Of a stretch of 64,000 nt of DNA, positions 50,208-58,911 are shown one piece after another. The stretch comes from Actinomycetes bacterium (GTDB lineage Bacteria; Actinomycetota; Actinomycetes; Mycobacteriales; Mycobacteriaceae). The first letter of the stretch is position 1. Every line of letters starts with the position of its first letter. The notes beneath the pieces are model-generated. The model was given only the letters and a program-made list of their open reading frames with translations, had not been told where the DNA came from and ran no database searches. Location: contig JAEYMI010000022.1 of the NCBI GenBank assembly GCA_023461275.1, positions 30,829 to 94,828 on the forward strand. The letters are read 5' to 3'. A program made the translations under genes and the position numbers.

Positions 50208-51422
50208 GTGACCATCTCGACAGCCGCCGGACCACCGGTCACCGGTTCAGACGACAACGGCACGGCGCCAACCTCTCCCGACGTCCTCTGGTACATCAAC
50301 CCGACCGATGGCGAGGCACCCTGGGAGCCGACCCAACGGTACGAGCCGACGTTCGAACGTCTGCGGCATCAGGCCCGCACACTCGACCGACTCGGCTATT
50401 GGGGCGCGTTGACGACTGCGCGCGAACCCATTTCGCTCGTCGCCGACACCGAGAACCTACGCTTCCTGATCCCGGTGTACCCGGGCGTCAAGCCACCGGT
50501 TCTGATGGCCGAAGAGGCACAGGTCTTCGACCAGTACTCCGGCGGCCGACTGCTGATCAACCAGGTCAACGGCGCCGACCCCGTGCTGCATCGTTACGGC
50601 AGATTCCATTCCAAAGCCGAACGCTATCGACTCTCCGCGGAGTACTGGCGACAGGTCAAGCGCCTCTATCTCGACGACGCCGAGGCGTACGACGGCGAAT
50701 TCTTCACCTACGGACCGCAATACAAGCCGTCGATTCCGGGGCCGCGGCAACCCAACGGGCTACCGATCTGGGGAACCGGAGCGTCGCCGGAGGGCATCGA
50801 CCACGCCGTCGACGTCCTCGACGTGTATCTCTCGTTCATGTCCGAGCCGTCGTCGCTGGCCGGTCTGTTCAACCGGGTGCGTGCCGCCGCCGCGGCCAAG
50901 GGACGCACCCTGCGCTTCGGTGTACTGGCCAGCGTCATCGTCCGCGACACCGACGAGGCCGCCTGGGAACGTTTCGAATGGCAACTCGCGCAGACCCGGC
51001 CGGAAACCGTACTGGCCACCGCCGACCGTAACCTGCGCAGTTTCGGCTACCCCGGACTCGACGAGATCACCAGTGACGACCCGCAGGTACAAGCCCGGAT
51101 CGACGCCCTGCGCGCCGGCCGGATTCCCGCACGGGCCGAGTTGCAGTTCGCGCCGAATATGGCTGCCGGACTGACCACCTGGACCGCCGCCGAACCGCCC
51201 TTCGACATCGCGGGCAAGGGCACCGGCACCTACTTCGTGGGCAGCGCCGAGAACGTCGCGGCCACCATGCGTTCGGTCGCCGAACAGGCCGGTATCGACG
51301 TCTGGATCCTGTCGGCGTGGCCGCTGGCACGCGAAGCCGAGATCGCCGCCGAACTCCTGCTTCCGCAGCTGCGCGAACAACATTCGACGTCCGGCGCGGG
51401 ACACCGCGAGACCCGACGGTGA
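50208..51422 (+). CDS. LLM-class (luciferase-like, SsuD-type) flavin-dependent monooxygenase
   Basis: VLWYINPTDGE... N-terminus, with TIM-barrel LLM pattern LLINQVNG and GSAENVAATM. The GTG start lies 7 nt after the upstream stop. Confidence 0.65.
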   Translation: MTISTAAGPPVTGSDDNGTAPTSPDVLWYINPTDGEAPWEPTQRYEPTFERLRHQARTLDRLGYWGALTTAREPISLVADTENLRFLIPVYPGVKPPVLMAEEAQVFDQYSGGRLLINQVNGADPVLHRYGRFHSKAERYRLSAEYWRQVKRLYLDDAEAYDGEFFTYGPQYKPSIPGPRQPNGLPIWGTGASPEGIDHAVDVLDVYLSFMSEPSSLAGLFNRVRAAAAAKGRTLRFGVLASVIVRDTDEAAWERFEWQLAQTRPETVLATADRNLRSFGYPGLDEITSDDPQVQARIDALRAGRIPARAELQFAPNMAAGLTTWTAAEPPFDIAGKGTGTYFVGSAENVAATMRSVAEQAGIDVWILSAWPLAREAEIAAELLLPQLREQHSTSGAGHRETRR

Positions 51423-52792
51423 GTTCACGACCGGTCGGCTCTCCGATTCGCCGTGTCCAATCGATCGTCGGTGCCGCACGTCGGAGCCGTCAGGCACCGT
51501 CGAGCGGCCTCAGTGTCGACATCGCGGCGATCATGACGTCGAGCATCATGACCGGCGCACTCGGTTTCGTGTTCTGGACCATCGCCGCCCGCGGCTACAC
51601 GCCGGCGGAGGTGGGTCGGGCGTCGGCGATCATCTCGTCGGCGACGTTGCTCAGTTCGCTGTCGAACCTGAGCCTCGGCGACCTCTACGAGCGATTCCTG
51701 CCGGTGTCCGGGCGCGACGCCGCCCGTCACATCGCGTCGGGCCGGTTCGCGATCATGGCGCTCGCCGCGGTGATGGGTGTCGGGTTCGTCCTGCTCGGTC
51801 CGCGGGAATCGTTGTTCGACAGCATGATCGAACAGATTCTCTATCCCATCGCTGTCGTGGTGCTCGGTGTCTTCGCCATCCAGGACAAGACGCTCATCGG
51901 GCTCGGCCGTGCCCGGACGGTGGCGAGGAAGAACATCACGCAGTCGGTGGCGAAGCTGGCGCTGGTGGCGGCGTTCATTCCGCTGGCCACCGGCTCGGCG
52001 ATCGTGTGGGCATGGGTGGTTCCGGCGGCGTTGATCGCGATCTGGATCGGCTTCACCTCGGTACGCACGAGTAGCCGCGCGATGGTCGGTGAGCCCAATC
52101 TGCCGCCACGAAGCGAGATCTGGCACTTCTTCGCGGGATCGTTGGCGATGAACGTGGTGGGTGTCTTTGTGCCGCTGGTGGTTCCGCTGGTGATCGTCGC
52201 CACCTTGGGCACCGAGATGAACGCCTACTTCTCGATCTGCTGGCTCATCATCTCCACGGCCATCATCCTGCTGTACTCGACTGCCGCCCCGTTCATCTCG
52301 GCCGCCGCGGAACCGGGAGCCGATCTGCGTCATGCCACAATCCGCTTCATCGCGCTGTGTGGCGGGGCGGGCATTCTCAGCTGCGTGGGCCTGATCATCA
52401 TCGCGCCGTGGGTGTTGGCGATCATGGGGCCGTCCTACGCCGAGAACGGCACCGTGCTGGTGCGGCTGATGGCGTTGACGTTGCCGACGGTCTCATTTGT
52501 CGCGATCTACACCGCGCTGGCCAAAGTCGAACGGCGACTGCGGTTCGCGGTCGGCGTTCAGGTGGTGTTCGGGATCTTCGTCATCGCCGGCATCGCGCCG
52601 GCCGCCGAACGATGGGGCATCCAAGGGGTCGGTTACCTCTATCTCGCCGCCGATCTGCTCGTGGTGGCCATCCTGCTCGTCCCGGGGATCGCGTTGATCC
52701 GCCGTGCGCTGCGCCATCCGGTCGCCCCGACCGTCGCAGACACCCCGAACGTCGTGCGTAGCTCATCTGCTTCGTCGGGAACATGGTCATGA
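51419..52792 (+). CDS. MOP-superfamily (Wzx-like) oligosaccharide/lipid flippase
   Basis: About 457 aa with about 12-14 TM helices. GTGA overlap with the upstream gene. Confidence 0.5.
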   Translation: MSSRPVGSPIRRVQSIVGAARRSRQAPSSGLSVDIAAIMTSSIMTGALGFVFWTIAARGYTPAEVGRASAIISSATLLSSLSNLSLGDLYERFLPVSGRDAARHIASGRFAIMALAAVMGVGFVLLGPRESLFDSMIEQILYPIAVVVLGVFAIQDKTLIGLGRARTVARKNITQSVAKLALVAAFIPLATGSAIVWAWVVPAALIAIWIGFTSVRTSSRAMVGEPNLPPRSEIWHFFAGSLAMNVVGVFVPLVVPLVIVATLGTEMNAYFSICWLIISTAIILLYSTAAPFISAAAEPGADLRHATIRFIALCGGAGILSCVGLIIIAPWVLAIMGPSYAENGTVLVRLMALTLPTVSFVAIYTALAKVERRLRFAVGVQVVFGIFVIAGIAPAAERWGIQGVGYLYLAADLLVVAILLVPGIALIRRALRHPVAPTVADTPNVVRSSSASSGTWS

Positions 52793-54225
52793 CCGTGTCA
52801 CCGGATCGGGTCTCGGCTACCAGCGTCGCGGCCGGATTTGCGCATGCCGCACAACGATTCGACGACGCCGCCGCACTTCGCATGGGGCACGAGGTGATCA
52901 CCTACCGCGAGTTCGGCACACGGTCGAGAAACATCGCTGCCGCCCTCGAGCGCCTCTCCCCCGAAGCCGACGGTCCGGTCGTCGTGCAACTGCCGATGTC
53001 TGCGGATTCGGCTGCCATCGTGCTCGGTGTCTTCACCGCCCGTCGGCCCCTCGTCGCCCTCGATCCGGAACTCCCGCGCGAACGAATCGCCGGAATCCTC
53101 GGCGAACTCGGTCGTCACGGACGGTCACCGGCATTGTTCGTCGCGGCCGCGAGCCACCTCGACGATGCTCGGGTCATTGCCGAACCGCATGACCTCGCTG
53201 TCGTCGACGCTGCCACGCTTGACGTCCGAGGCGACGCTGATATGGCTGTTCCGCAGCGCTATTCGGCAGACACCGTGACCAGCATCCAGTTCACCTCCGG
53301 TTCCACCGGGTCACCGAAGGGCGTGCTGCACCCCGACGCGATGTGGCTGGCCGACGCGGTCTTCATGCGCGACTGCTTCGACATCACCCCCGGCCAACCA
53401 GTCGCCCTGTGTTTGCCCTTCAGCTTTGGTGCCGGCCTGAACGTCTTGATCAACTCGTTGCTCAACGGCGCCGAGATCACCGTTGTCGATCCGCGTACCG
53501 CGGGTACCACCGCCGTCCTGGAGGCCATCGCGAGCGCGGACTCGACCACCGCGTTCATGACGCCGAATCTCTTGCGGGCGTTGCTCGGTGCGCGCGGCGA
53601 TGCCGACCGTGCGCACCGCGCGTGGGGCTCGGTGAAGCGGATCATCACCACCGGTGAACCGTTGCGCGGCGACCTCGCGGCCGACGCGGTGCGACGTGCC
53701 CGGCAGGCCGTCGTCACCAATTGGGTCGGATCGTCGGAGACCTCGGCGCTGGCCTATTTCGATGTGCGACAGGGTGATCAGATCGAACCCGGCAACCTCC
53801 CGGCGGGCAGGCTGGCGCCCGGCAAGTCGGTGATCTTCGACGACGACGGCCGCATCGTCGTCGTATCCCCTTATCTCGCACAGGGGTATCTCGACGCGAC
53901 GATGAACCCCGGACGGTTCGGTCACGACGAGTCGGGCACACCCTACTTCCAGATGGGTGATCGCGGCGAGTGGCAGAACGGCATCCTGTATCTGCAGGGG
54001 CGAACCGACAATGCCGTCAAGGTGCGCGGCTATCTCGTGGAGCCTGCCGAGATCGAGAAGGCATTGTTGGCCGACGGTGATCTGCGCGAGGTGACCGCGG
54101 TACCGATCACCAACTCCGCCGGCGCGTGGAGTTGGCCGCCTACGTGGTACCCAGCGGCTCGACCCGCACGCCACCGACCGCCGTGTTACGCGTCCGGCTT
54201 CGGGATCGTTTGCCGGACTGGATGA
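52783..54225 (+). CDS. NRPS-like adenylation domain, frame 1 of a frameshifted A-T-TE gene
   Basis: A3 motif TSGSTGSPKG, A5-like NWVGSSE and A8 GRTDNAVKVRGYLVEPAEIE. After ...VTAVPITNSAG the frame becomes junk (AWSWPPTWYP...). Confidence 0.75.
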   Translation: MVMTVSPDRVSATSVAAGFAHAAQRFDDAAALRMGHEVITYREFGTRSRNIAAALERLSPEADGPVVVQLPMSADSAAIVLGVFTARRPLVALDPELPRERIAGILGELGRHGRSPALFVAAASHLDDARVIAEPHDLAVVDAATLDVRGDADMAVPQRYSADTVTSIQFTSGSTGSPKGVLHPDAMWLADAVFMRDCFDITPGQPVALCLPFSFGAGLNVLINSLLNGAEITVVDPRTAGTTAVLEAIASADSTTAFMTPNLLRALLGARGDADRAHRAWGSVKRIITTGEPLRGDLAADAVRRARQAVVTNWVGSSETSALAYFDVRQGDQIEPGNLPAGRLAPGKSVIFDDDGRIVVVSPYLAQGYLDATMNPGRFGHDESGTPYFQMGDRGEWQNGILYLQGRTDNAVKVRGYLVEPAEIEKALLADGDLREVTAVPITNSAGAWSWPPTWYPAARPARHRPPCYASGFGIVCRTG

Positions 54226-55319
54226 TTCCAGCACACTTCGTCGAACTCACGGAGTTGCCGCGCACTGGGCGCGGCAAGGTCGACCGTGCCGCACTTCCGG
54301 TCCCCAGCCGTGTCATCGAGCCGCCGCGCGGCGAGACCGAAGCCGCGATTGCAGCGGTGTGGGCCGAGGTCCTGCAACTCGATGAGGTCGGACGCGACGA
54401 GAACATCTACGCCTTGGGCGCGGATTCGTTGACAGTGCAGGACATTCTGGTCGCCATGACCCGACGCCTCGGCATCACACTGACCCAAGCACAGGCCGCG
54501 GCGTGTCCGACGGTCGCGCTGATGGCTGAGATCGCCGACGGACCGACAGGTTCTGGTCCTTTCGGCACAGTGTCCGGACGGTTGGCCGGCCTGGCCCCGA
54601 CAACCGTGCCGTTGCACTCCGGGGCGGGGCGGCCGGTGTTCTGCTTTACCGGCGCCGGAGCTTCCGCCCTTGCGTTCGTACCATTCGCCGAAAAGCTGGC
54701 CCGCCGCGACGGGGTCGGATCGGTGTACGCCTTCGCCCCGAACGGTCTCGAGAACCGTGGGCTACCGGATTGGACGGTTGCCGCAGCGGCCCGACGCCAC
54801 CTGCGCGACCTGCGCCGCATCCAACCCACCGGACCCTATGTGCTGGTGGGACATTCGCTCGGCGGATTCATCGCTCTCGAGGTGGCGCGGCGGTTGCGCG
54901 CCGCAGGTGAACGCGTCGATCAGGTGGTTGTTCTCGATACCTTTCTGCCGCAACGTTTTGCGCGTTCGGCAACCACGGTCGACCCGGATCTGTCGGTGAC
55001 CGCACCGGAAGCGCCCTTACCGCGCGCCGAGTTGTGGCGACGCCGGGCCCGAATCCCGTTGGCGGGCCTCGTGCCGATGTCGCCGGTCGATTCGGCGCGC
55101 GCAATGGAAGAGGTCGGCCGTCGGGTGGGAATCTTCCACCGCCCCAAGGTCTACGACGGCGACGTACTCCTGGTACTGGGTACCGAGAACCACGACGATC
55201 CACGCATCTGGCGCGACCGCATCGTCACCGGCGAGCTGACCGTGCTACACCTCGACTGCGACCACATGTCGATCATCCGCGACCCCCACATCGGCGCCGT
55301 CGTCGACGCGATGGAATAG
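54126..55319 (+). CDS. NRPS-like A-domain C-terminal subdomain plus thiolation plus thioesterase, frame 2 of the same gene
   Basis: VELAAYVVP, A10 motif PRTGRGKVDR, PCP LGADSLTV, TE motif GHSLGG and LDCDHMS. Confidence 0.75.
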   Translation: MELAAYVVPSGSTRTPPTAVLRVRLRDRLPDWMIPAHFVELTELPRTGRGKVDRAALPVPSRVIEPPRGETEAAIAAVWAEVLQLDEVGRDENIYALGADSLTVQDILVAMTRRLGITLTQAQAAACPTVALMAEIADGPTGSGPFGTVSGRLAGLAPTTVPLHSGAGRPVFCFTGAGASALAFVPFAEKLARRDGVGSVYAFAPNGLENRGLPDWTVAAAARRHLRDLRRIQPTGPYVLVGHSLGGFIALEVARRLRAAGERVDQVVVLDTFLPQRFARSATTVDPDLSVTAPEAPLPRAELWRRRARIPLAGLVPMSPVDSARAMEEVGRRVGIFHRPKVYDGDVLLVLGTENHDDPRIWRDRIVTGELTVLHLDCDHMSIIRDPHIGAVVDAME

Positions 55320-55331
55320 CACCCGCCGCAA

Positions 55332-55372
55332 AGGAATGCATTTGTCGCGCGACACGCACCAAATGCATTCCT
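55332..55372. terminator. 13-bp perfect inverted repeat after the cluster (terminator or operator)
   Basis: AGGAATGCATTTG-N15-CAAATGCATTCCT begins 13 nt after the stop at 55319. Confidence 0.45.
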
Positions 55373-55526
55373 CTGTCAGCCCTCGACCGGCCCGACCGCT
55401 GGTCGAGTGCCGTATCGAGTCCGTCCGCGGTCCGATCATCTACACCTCTTTCAAGCGAACGCATGACGGCGCTGCAATTCGGCAGGCGTTAGAGTTGCGA
55501 AGCGGTCACGGAGTTGAGGGGGCAGT

Positions 55527-55841
55527 ATGACGCCACGAGTGTCAGTCACGCCGGAGGAATTGTCGTCGGCCGGAAGCACGCTGAACGGCTACGGCCAGGC
55601 CATTCGCAACGTCGAGGCACCGACGTTCGGGTCAGTGGCTAACTCACTGCAAGGCTTCACCACCGGTACCGCGGCATCTGAGCTAGGACGTGTGGTGGCC
55701 ACATCCTTGACAACGATCGCATGCCGCCACGAGGAACTCGGCGATGCGATGAGCTGCGGATCGTCGACCTACCAGGACGCCGACGATCAGGCTGCCCACA
55801 GATTGAAGGCGGTTGGCGACCTGAACTCCGGCGGGCGGTAA
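55527..55841 (+). CDS. Type VII secretion target (EspC/DUF2580-like) small helical protein
   Basis: 104 aa. RBS GAGGGGG. Starts MTPRVSVTPEELSSAGSTL. A C-terminal YQDAD gives the YxxxD motif. Confidence 0.65.
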   Translation: MTPRVSVTPEELSSAGSTLNGYGQAIRNVEAPTFGSVANSLQGFTTGTAASELGRVVATSLTTIACRHEELGDAMSCGSSTYQDADDQAAHRLKAVGDLNSGGR

Positions 55842-55844
55842 CCC

Positions 55845-58208
55845 ATGACCCGGATGACACGCGCTGTCGTGGAGAACGCACACCTCGACCCGTTGGACTC
55901 GGCGTCAACATCTCTGAGTCCTGTCGAAAAGGCCATCGATGACAACGCGGAGAACATGCACCGCACGGTTCACGGCTTGGCATGGACAGGGACGGGGCGA
56001 ACCGAGGCACTAGGACGGGCGGATGCCGAGCGGACGCAGATGCGACGAGTCAGCGATGCCGCTAGCGACCTGGCGAAGGCCTTCAGCCACGGTAAGCACA
56101 CGATGGCGCCAATGGTGGACTCGCTCAAGACCTCTGCCGCACATCTCACCGAAGCCGACTTCAATGTTGCGCAAGACTGGACCGTCACCGACGGTTACCA
56201 GTACGGGCTCGCCGAGGCCACGTATGCGGACAATCCGCAGAAGATGCGCGAGCTTCACGAACTCCAACGCAAGCGTGCCGAAGAAGCCAAGAACGCCACG
56301 GTTCGGCTGCAGAGGCTTGCGCATGAACTAGAAGCCGCCGACGACGACACCGCCAAAGCGATCCGTGCAGCCAAGCACCGGCTCGAAGCGATGGCACCCG
56401 CGAGCAAAGCCATGAGTTGGAAACAGGCCAAGCTGGACGTGGAGTCGCTGCGCGATGGGCACCCAACTCCCGAACAATTGGCGCGATTGCGCGCGGCTAC
56501 TCATCTGAGTCCGCAGGATATGGCGTCACTTGCAGCGGGCAAGCCTACGAACATTTCGCAAGGGCAATTCGACTACCTGCAGAGCATGATGCGCCAACTA
56601 CACGGCGTCAGCCTGCAGGACATGCTCGACATTAACAAGCAGGCGCCCGGGCTGCTCGGCGACGGGTTCCGGCTCATGTCCATGCCGAACCTCCAGACCG
56701 AAGGCGGCAGCCGCGGTGGGATGGACGAACTGCCGATCCCGATTCGGACGCTACTTCAGCAGAATCCGATCCTGGTGACCACGCACGTACCGAACACACT
56801 GGGCGCACCAATCCAGGCCATGACCGCCATTCCCCGACTCGGTGACTTCAATGCTCTCAACACACTTCTCGGTGAGGGAAACCAGAATCTTCGGCTCGGC
56901 GCCGACGTGGATCGTGGGCTACTCAAGCAGGCATCTGAGATTTCCTCCGTAATGGGGCCGCGGGGAAGTCACGACTATTACGGAACCTACGACAATCGCC
57001 AGGATCTCGGCTCGATTCGGCAGACGGTTGACGCGATGCTCCACAACGGCGGAGGAGACCACCAAGCGGTCGCCGATTTCCTCACCGGAGACAACATGGC
57101 GTCCACAGTGACACCGGGAAGCCACTACCACGCCGATTCACACCTGCGGGGGCTGCTCGAGCAAAAGTGGATGCCCGATGAGCTGGGCGCCAAGTCGATG
57201 ATGCACTGGATTGGTGGCGCAGCCGACGACCACGGTTACGAGAGTGTCCTGGGCGGCCGGTCGGCTGACGCTCTGGCGAAATACATGGTCGCCCATCACG
57301 ATGAACTGGCCTACATCGGACCCAAGGGCGGACCGTACTCATCCCTTGGAATTCTCAACCCTGAACTCACGCAGGAAATCTCACGAAGCCTATCGCCGTA
57401 CTTCCCGAACTTCGCCGGCTATCCGAGTGACCTGTTACTCAACCACACTGCCGGCCCGCTCGCCGACACTGACGATTTCGGGAAGTTGATCGGCCTGCTG
57501 GGTACTGATAAGAAGGCCGGCGACATCGCTATTCTCAGCGCAACGTCGTGGGAGAACTATGCGGCCCACGAATACGGCGAGGATCCGATGAACGTCGGAC
57601 TGGGAACCTCCGCAAGTCACTTACACCAGTCCGTCGCGGCCGGAATTGGCGACGCGCAGAAGATTCTGCAATCAAACCAAGAATGGACGTCGGAGGTCGA
57701 GTACGACGATAAGCAAAAGAAGGCGGCCAACATACTTGGGTTTCTGCAGGGCCTCAACATTCCCGGCCTCAGCGACGCCGCTACGATGGCCGGCCCCGAG
57801 ATCGCAGACCAGTACGCCGGGCAGAAACCTGGCGACCCCTCGCTATCGCATTCTTGGCAAGGCCAGATTGAGGGCTACAACAAGACGTACGACGGTATGA
57901 CGGGTGGCGTCGCGCGACAATACCAGATTGCGAGCGGATATCTAGAGGACCACCCCGAGATTATTGATCGACACTGGAAGGCAGATGACGGGTCTGATAT
58001 TAACTTCTTCCAAAAAGACAAAAATGGACATGTTGAATTCAACCCAGCTGCTATTCGAAAGAATTCAATTGATTTCGAAAGATTCCTCAAGGAAAAAGGT
58101 GTTCCGCTATCGGACTACCTCCAGAGTTACGATGCGCGAACAGCAGGAACAACGATTGACAACGAAACTCGCCAACTCCCGAGTGTCGCCACCAAACCGC
58201 CGGGATAG
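55845..58208 (+). CDS. Large putative T7SS substrate with an N-terminal WxG-type helical domain
   Basis: 787 aa. A WTG (WxG) lies in a helix-turn-helix N-terminus (HGLAWTGTGRTEALGRADAE). GC is reduced, and the last 250 nt or so are 37% GC. Confidence 0.6.
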   Translation: MTRMTRAVVENAHLDPLDSASTSLSPVEKAIDDNAENMHRTVHGLAWTGTGRTEALGRADAERTQMRRVSDAASDLAKAFSHGKHTMAPMVDSLKTSAAHLTEADFNVAQDWTVTDGYQYGLAEATYADNPQKMRELHELQRKRAEEAKNATVRLQRLAHELEAADDDTAKAIRAAKHRLEAMAPASKAMSWKQAKLDVESLRDGHPTPEQLARLRAATHLSPQDMASLAAGKPTNISQGQFDYLQSMMRQLHGVSLQDMLDINKQAPGLLGDGFRLMSMPNLQTEGGSRGGMDELPIPIRTLLQQNPILVTTHVPNTLGAPIQAMTAIPRLGDFNALNTLLGEGNQNLRLGADVDRGLLKQASEISSVMGPRGSHDYYGTYDNRQDLGSIRQTVDAMLHNGGGDHQAVADFLTGDNMASTVTPGSHYHADSHLRGLLEQKWMPDELGAKSMMHWIGGAADDHGYESVLGGRSADALAKYMVAHHDELAYIGPKGGPYSSLGILNPELTQEISRSLSPYFPNFAGYPSDLLLNHTAGPLADTDDFGKLIGLLGTDKKAGDIAILSATSWENYAAHEYGEDPMNVGLGTSASHLHQSVAAGIGDAQKILQSNQEWTSEVEYDDKQKKAANILGFLQGLNIPGLSDAATMAGPEIADQYAGQKPGDPSLSHSWQGQIEGYNKTYDGMTGGVARQYQIASGYLEDHPEIIDRHWKADDGSDINFFQKDKNGHVEFNPAAIRKNSIDFERFLKEKGVPLSDYLQSYDARTAGTTIDNETRQLPSVATKPPG

Positions 58209-58911
58209 GTATTGGAAAGCATCCTGCGCGGCACTACTCCTCCTAATCATGAGCGGATGCGGGCCATCAGAACCGCACGCCGGGAGTTCATCGGCGGCGG
58301 TCTCGAGCGCGGAAACAGGAATTTCCGAAGGGGTCCATTATCGCGCGCGCTGGGCGGACGGCCCGATCGACTTGATGTCGCCAACAGGAACGTTTATCCG
58401 CGCCTTCACCGAATCGAATTTCCTTGCAGTTATTGAGTCCAACGATGCCAAAGCATTCCCTGGATATGCTCGAGCCAATCGCGACCGAGAAATCCGACAA
58501 TACGGCCAAAACAATGTTTTTAAAAAGACCGTTGATATCGGCATGAAACTGATACATGTCGACAACCAAAACGGCGATACAGCAGTTGCACGAGTCTGCT
58601 ATGACGGTATCGGTCAATTAGACTATTCGGACTACCCGCCGATGCTCAGCCCACAGAACACCGAGACACGCGGCACTCGAATGTTCCTCATCACTTTCCA
58701 CCGCACCGGCACCACCCCGCCGCCGAATCAACGCGGACCACTCTCAGGCCCACTGACCAACGTCTTCGGCGGCTGGTACGTCACCAAACTCACCAGCACC
58801 TGGCACGACGACGACCCCACCAAACCACACCCAAAGGCCGAATGCGGCACCATGCCCGACCTCACCAAACCCGGAACCTCGACGCCCGGTTGGCCCAAAC
58901 GCGGCATATGA
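58183..58911 (+). CDS. Lipoprotein, tandem paralog 1
   Basis: The GTG start gives MSPPNRRDRYWKASCAALLLLIMSGCG (lipobox). It overlaps the 3' end of the 787-aa gene by 26 nt. Confidence 0.65.
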   Translation: MSPPNRRDRYWKASCAALLLLIMSGCGPSEPHAGSSSAAVSSAETGISEGVHYRARWADGPIDLMSPTGTFIRAFTESNFLAVIESNDAKAFPGYARANRDREIRQYGQNNVFKKTVDIGMKLIHVDNQNGDTAVARVCYDGIGQLDYSDYPPMLSPQNTETRGTRMFLITFHRTGTTPPPNQRGPLSGPLTNVFGGWYVTKLTSTWHDDDPTKPHPKAECGTMPDLTKPGTSTPGWPKRGI

